Shown in pieces: positions 62,093-64,000 of a stretch of 64,000 bases of DNA. A program made the position numbers and the translations under genes. Numbering within the stretch: position 1 is the stretch's first letter; each line of letters opens with the position of its first letter. The notes beneath the pieces are model-generated. The model saw nothing but the letters and a program-made list of their open reading frames with translations. It was not told the origin of the DNA and made no database searches. The stretch comes from Minisyncoccota bacterium (GTDB lineage: Bacteria; Patescibacteriota; Minisyncoccia; Phycocordibacterales; 21-14-all-36-13): NCBI GenBank assembly GCA_041658885.1, contig JBAZZJ010000001.1, positions 14,779 to 78,778 of the forward strand, given 5' to 3'.

Positions 62093-62281
62093 TTATTTCA
62101 TTAAATCATCAACGCTAACACCCAAACCCGTAGCAATTTTCATAACCGTTTGGATTGATGGCTTTGTTATGACATTTGATTCAATCTTGGTAAGTGTTGT
62201 ATAGGGAATATCGCACTTTCTTGCAAGAGCGTCCTGTGTCAGTCCTTGCTCTGCTCGAAAGACTTTTATTTTATCCCCAAT
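62093..62281 (-). CDS. XRE-family HTH protein; 5' end abuts a tRNA gene and no ATG/GTG/TTG start is available
   Basis: GLTQDALARKCDIPYTTLTKIESN HTH; the track ORF N-terminus (to 62368) is the translated tRNA-Leu. Confidence 0.5.
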   Translation of the reverse strand: MGDKIKVFRAEQGLTQDALARKCDIPYTTLTKIESNVITKPSIQTVMKIATGLGVSVDDLMK

Positions 62282-62289
62282 TTCCTTAC

Positions 62290-62374
62290 TGGTGCCGGGG
62301 AGAGGACTTGAACCCCCACCTCTTTCGAGACTACGTCCTAAGCGTAGCGCGTCTACCAATTTCGCCACCCCGGC
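62290..62374 (-). tRNA. tRNA-Leu(UAG), CCA encoded
   Basis: Acceptor GCCGGGG/CCCCGGC, anticodon arm CTACG-CTTAGGA-CGTAG, long variable arm, T loop TTCAAGT. Confidence 0.8.
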
Positions 62375-62395
62375 ATCTTTAAAATATTTGAATAT

Positions 62396-63028
62396 TCATT
62401 TATATAAAAATTCTTTGCCAATTTTATATTTTCTTTCCAAATATTCATAATCACCATTATAATACATGAAATTTAATAATTTAATAGAGTCTTTCTTTGC
62501 ATAATTGAGAACAAAAACTGACTTATCATCAGAAATCCATCCACCAGTTGTCTTTATGTGTTTATAAATTTCGTTATCCACCCATTCAAGAAAATTTAAA
62601 CTTCCGGAGGCCAACCTTATTTTTAATTGTGGTTGATTACTTTCTGGATGATAACTTATGCTTATATTTCCATCACCGTCTATACATCCTCTCAAAAAGT
62701 CTGCAAAATATTTTTTTGGGATGTTTATTTTAGATAAAATTTTGGATTTTGCCGGTGTTAACCCTATAGACATTAAAAAATTATAAAAATTAATGTCTCC
62801 GAATTGTACAACAAAATATTTCTTTTCTTTACTATATTCTCGTGTTTTTTTGCCTATCTTATTTTTTATACCAAGACATTTTTTAAAAGATATTATTAAT
62901 TTTTTATCTTTTGAAGTCATATTCAAATGTCTATTATCTGGAGATAAATTGCCATCAGTTGTAATCAAACCGATAGCATAAGCAAAATTTGGACTCCATT
63001 TTATTTTTACCTTATTTAATCTTCTCAT
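62396..63028 (-). CDS. Free-standing double-motif LAGLIDADG homing endonuclease
   Basis: Two LAGLIDADG-type motifs: YAIGLITTDGNLS and FLRGCIDGDGNIS. Confidence 0.8.
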   Translation of the reverse strand: MRRLNKVKIKWSPNFAYAIGLITTDGNLSPDNRHLNMTSKDKKLIISFKKCLGIKNKIGKKTREYSKEKKYFVVQFGDINFYNFLMSIGLTPAKSKILSKINIPKKYFADFLRGCIDGDGNISISYHPESNQPQLKIRLASGSLNFLEWVDNEIYKHIKTTGGWISDDKSVFVLNYAKKDSIKLLNFMYYNGDYEYLERKYKIGKEFLYK

Positions 63029-63072
63029 AAGATTATAAAAAATTATTTTTATTTATATTCTTATATTATATA

Positions 63073-63107
63073 CTAAGACATATAGCGTTTGCCAATATTA
63101 ATAAAAA
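63073..63107 (-). promoter_or_regulatory. Copy 3 of the 35-nt repeat, promoter-like, upstream of the LAGLIDADG gene
   Basis: Minus strand: TTGGCAAACGCTATATGTCTTAGTATATAAT, ~45 nt before the ATG at 63028. Confidence 0.5.
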
Positions 63108-63177
63108 ATATTTTAGAAATAAAATTTTAATTTAATAGCCAATCTATTTTTTCACATTTTTTCACACGCTCGTTTGT

Positions 63178-63250
63178 CCGCCCAGTAGGATTTGAACCTA
63201 CGACCGTTTGCTTAAGAGGCAACTGCTCTACCAGCTGAGCTATGGGCGGA
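63178..63250 (-). tRNA. tRNA-Lys(CUU)
   Basis: Acceptor CCGCCCA/TGGGCGG, anticodon loop CTCTTAA, T arm GTAGG-TTCAAAT-CCTAC. Confidence 0.8.
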
Positions 63251-63370
63251 TGTAAAAAATTTAAAATTGAAAAATCAAAATGCAAAATTAAGATCAAAAA
63301 TGCAAATAAATTTGCTTTCTCCCCAAAATCATTAAACTATTGATTATTAAATTGCTAACAATTTTCTTAC

Positions 63371-63732
63371 TGGTGCCCGGGGCGGGAATGTCGCAGTGCT
63401 CCCCCGTGATTTTTTTGTCTCACAAGCTCGACATAAAAAATCATTCGATTCCCGACGAAAGTAAATAAATTTACTTTCTCCCCAATCACTTTGTGCCCGG
63501 GGCGGGAATGTCGCAGTGCTCCCCCGTGATTTTTTTGTCTCACAAGCTCGACATAAAAAATCATTCGATTCCCGACGAAAGTAAATAAATTTACTTTCTC
63601 CCCAATCACTTTGTGCCCGGGGCGGGAATGTCGCAGTGCTCCCCCGTGATTTTTTGTCTCGCAAGCTCGACATAAAAAATCATTCGATTCCCGACGAAAG
63701 TAAATAAATTTACTTTCTCCCCAATCACTTTG
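63371..63732 (-). repeat. Three ~120-bp tandem units, each beginning with a 16-nt copy of the tRNA-Leu(UAA) 3' end
   Basis: TGCCCGGGGCGGGAAT at 63374, 63494 and 63614 (and 63733 in the gene); each unit contains the hairpin GAAAGTAAAT-TT-ATTTACTTTC. Confidence 0.9.
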
Positions 63733-63815
63733 TGCCCGGGGCGGGAATCGAACCCGCATGGCGTGAAGCCACAAAATTTTAAGTCTTGCGTGTATACCAG
63801 TTCCACCACCCGGGC
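63733..63815 (-). tRNA. tRNA-Leu(UAA), no encoded CCA
   Basis: Acceptor GCCCGGG/CCCGGGC, anticodon arm CAAGA-CTTAAAA-TTTTG, long variable arm, T arm GCGGG-TTCGATT-CCCGC. Confidence 0.85.
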
Positions 63816-63834
63816 AAATTTTCAAAATACCCTG

Positions 63835-63906
63835 AGGCCAGAAGGGGAATTGAACCCCTGTATAGCGGTTTTGCAGACCGCCGCGTTACCACTTCGCCAT
63901 CTGGCC
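63835..63906 (-). tRNA. tRNA-Cys(GCA)
   Basis: Acceptor GGCCAGA/TCTGGCC, anticodon arm GCGGT-CTGCAAA-ACCGC, T arm AGGGG-TTCAATT-CCCCT, U73. Confidence 0.85.
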
Positions 63907-64000
63907 ATTATTTGTATTTATTTTTCAAACTCTTATATTCTATATCTCATTTGAAATCTCATCAATCTTTTGTCTGTTTTTTTCTCCAAAATCTATTTTA

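Noticed and set aside
62282-62368. N-terminal part of track ORF 62093-62368 (MAKLVDALRLGRSLERGGGSSPLPGT...)
   Set aside because: This segment is the reverse-strand translation of tRNA-Leu(UAG).
63347-63954. Track ORFs 63347-63673, 63367-63825, 63606-63809 (minus) and 63730-63954 (plus)
   Set aside because: They are read through the 120-bp tandem repeat and the tRNA-Leu and tRNA-Cys genes. The repetitive peptide sequences are artefacts.

Overview
AT-rich bacterial chromosomal segment with the gene content of a Candidate Phyla Radiation / Patescibacteria (Parcubacteria-like) genome; that assignment is inferred from gene content only. Standard code (TGA is used as a stop). Most genes are on the + strand, and many sit 6-9 nt after a TATAAT-like box with no Shine-Dalgarno, which suggests leaderless mRNAs. 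Recognisable content: a sugar-phosphate cluster (phosphoketolase, acetate kinase, RpiB, Rpe-like, split transketolase, PfkB kinase, class II aldolase); translation genes (L25, L31, RF1, S2, EF-Ts, PheS/PheT, LeuS, YchF); GyrB and GyrA; Nth; MltG; a thiol-redox pair (DsbD-like, VKOR); five tandem T4SS-pilin-like genes; an ArsR / Cas4-like nuclease / type IIG R-M island at 34-40 kb; a higher-GC mosaic island at 57-62 kb next to a minus-strand tRNA cluster. Seven tRNA genes are called. The most unusual signal is non-protein. Several families of 50-130 nt hairpin or three-stem elements sit exactly on start codons, lie in frame inside essential genes (pheS, mltG, leuS, pheT), or supply stop codons. 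One inverted repeat of the same kind splits a tRNA gene in its anticodon loop and carries a complete tRNA-Thr inside it. No rRNA, CRISPR array or intact transposase was found.
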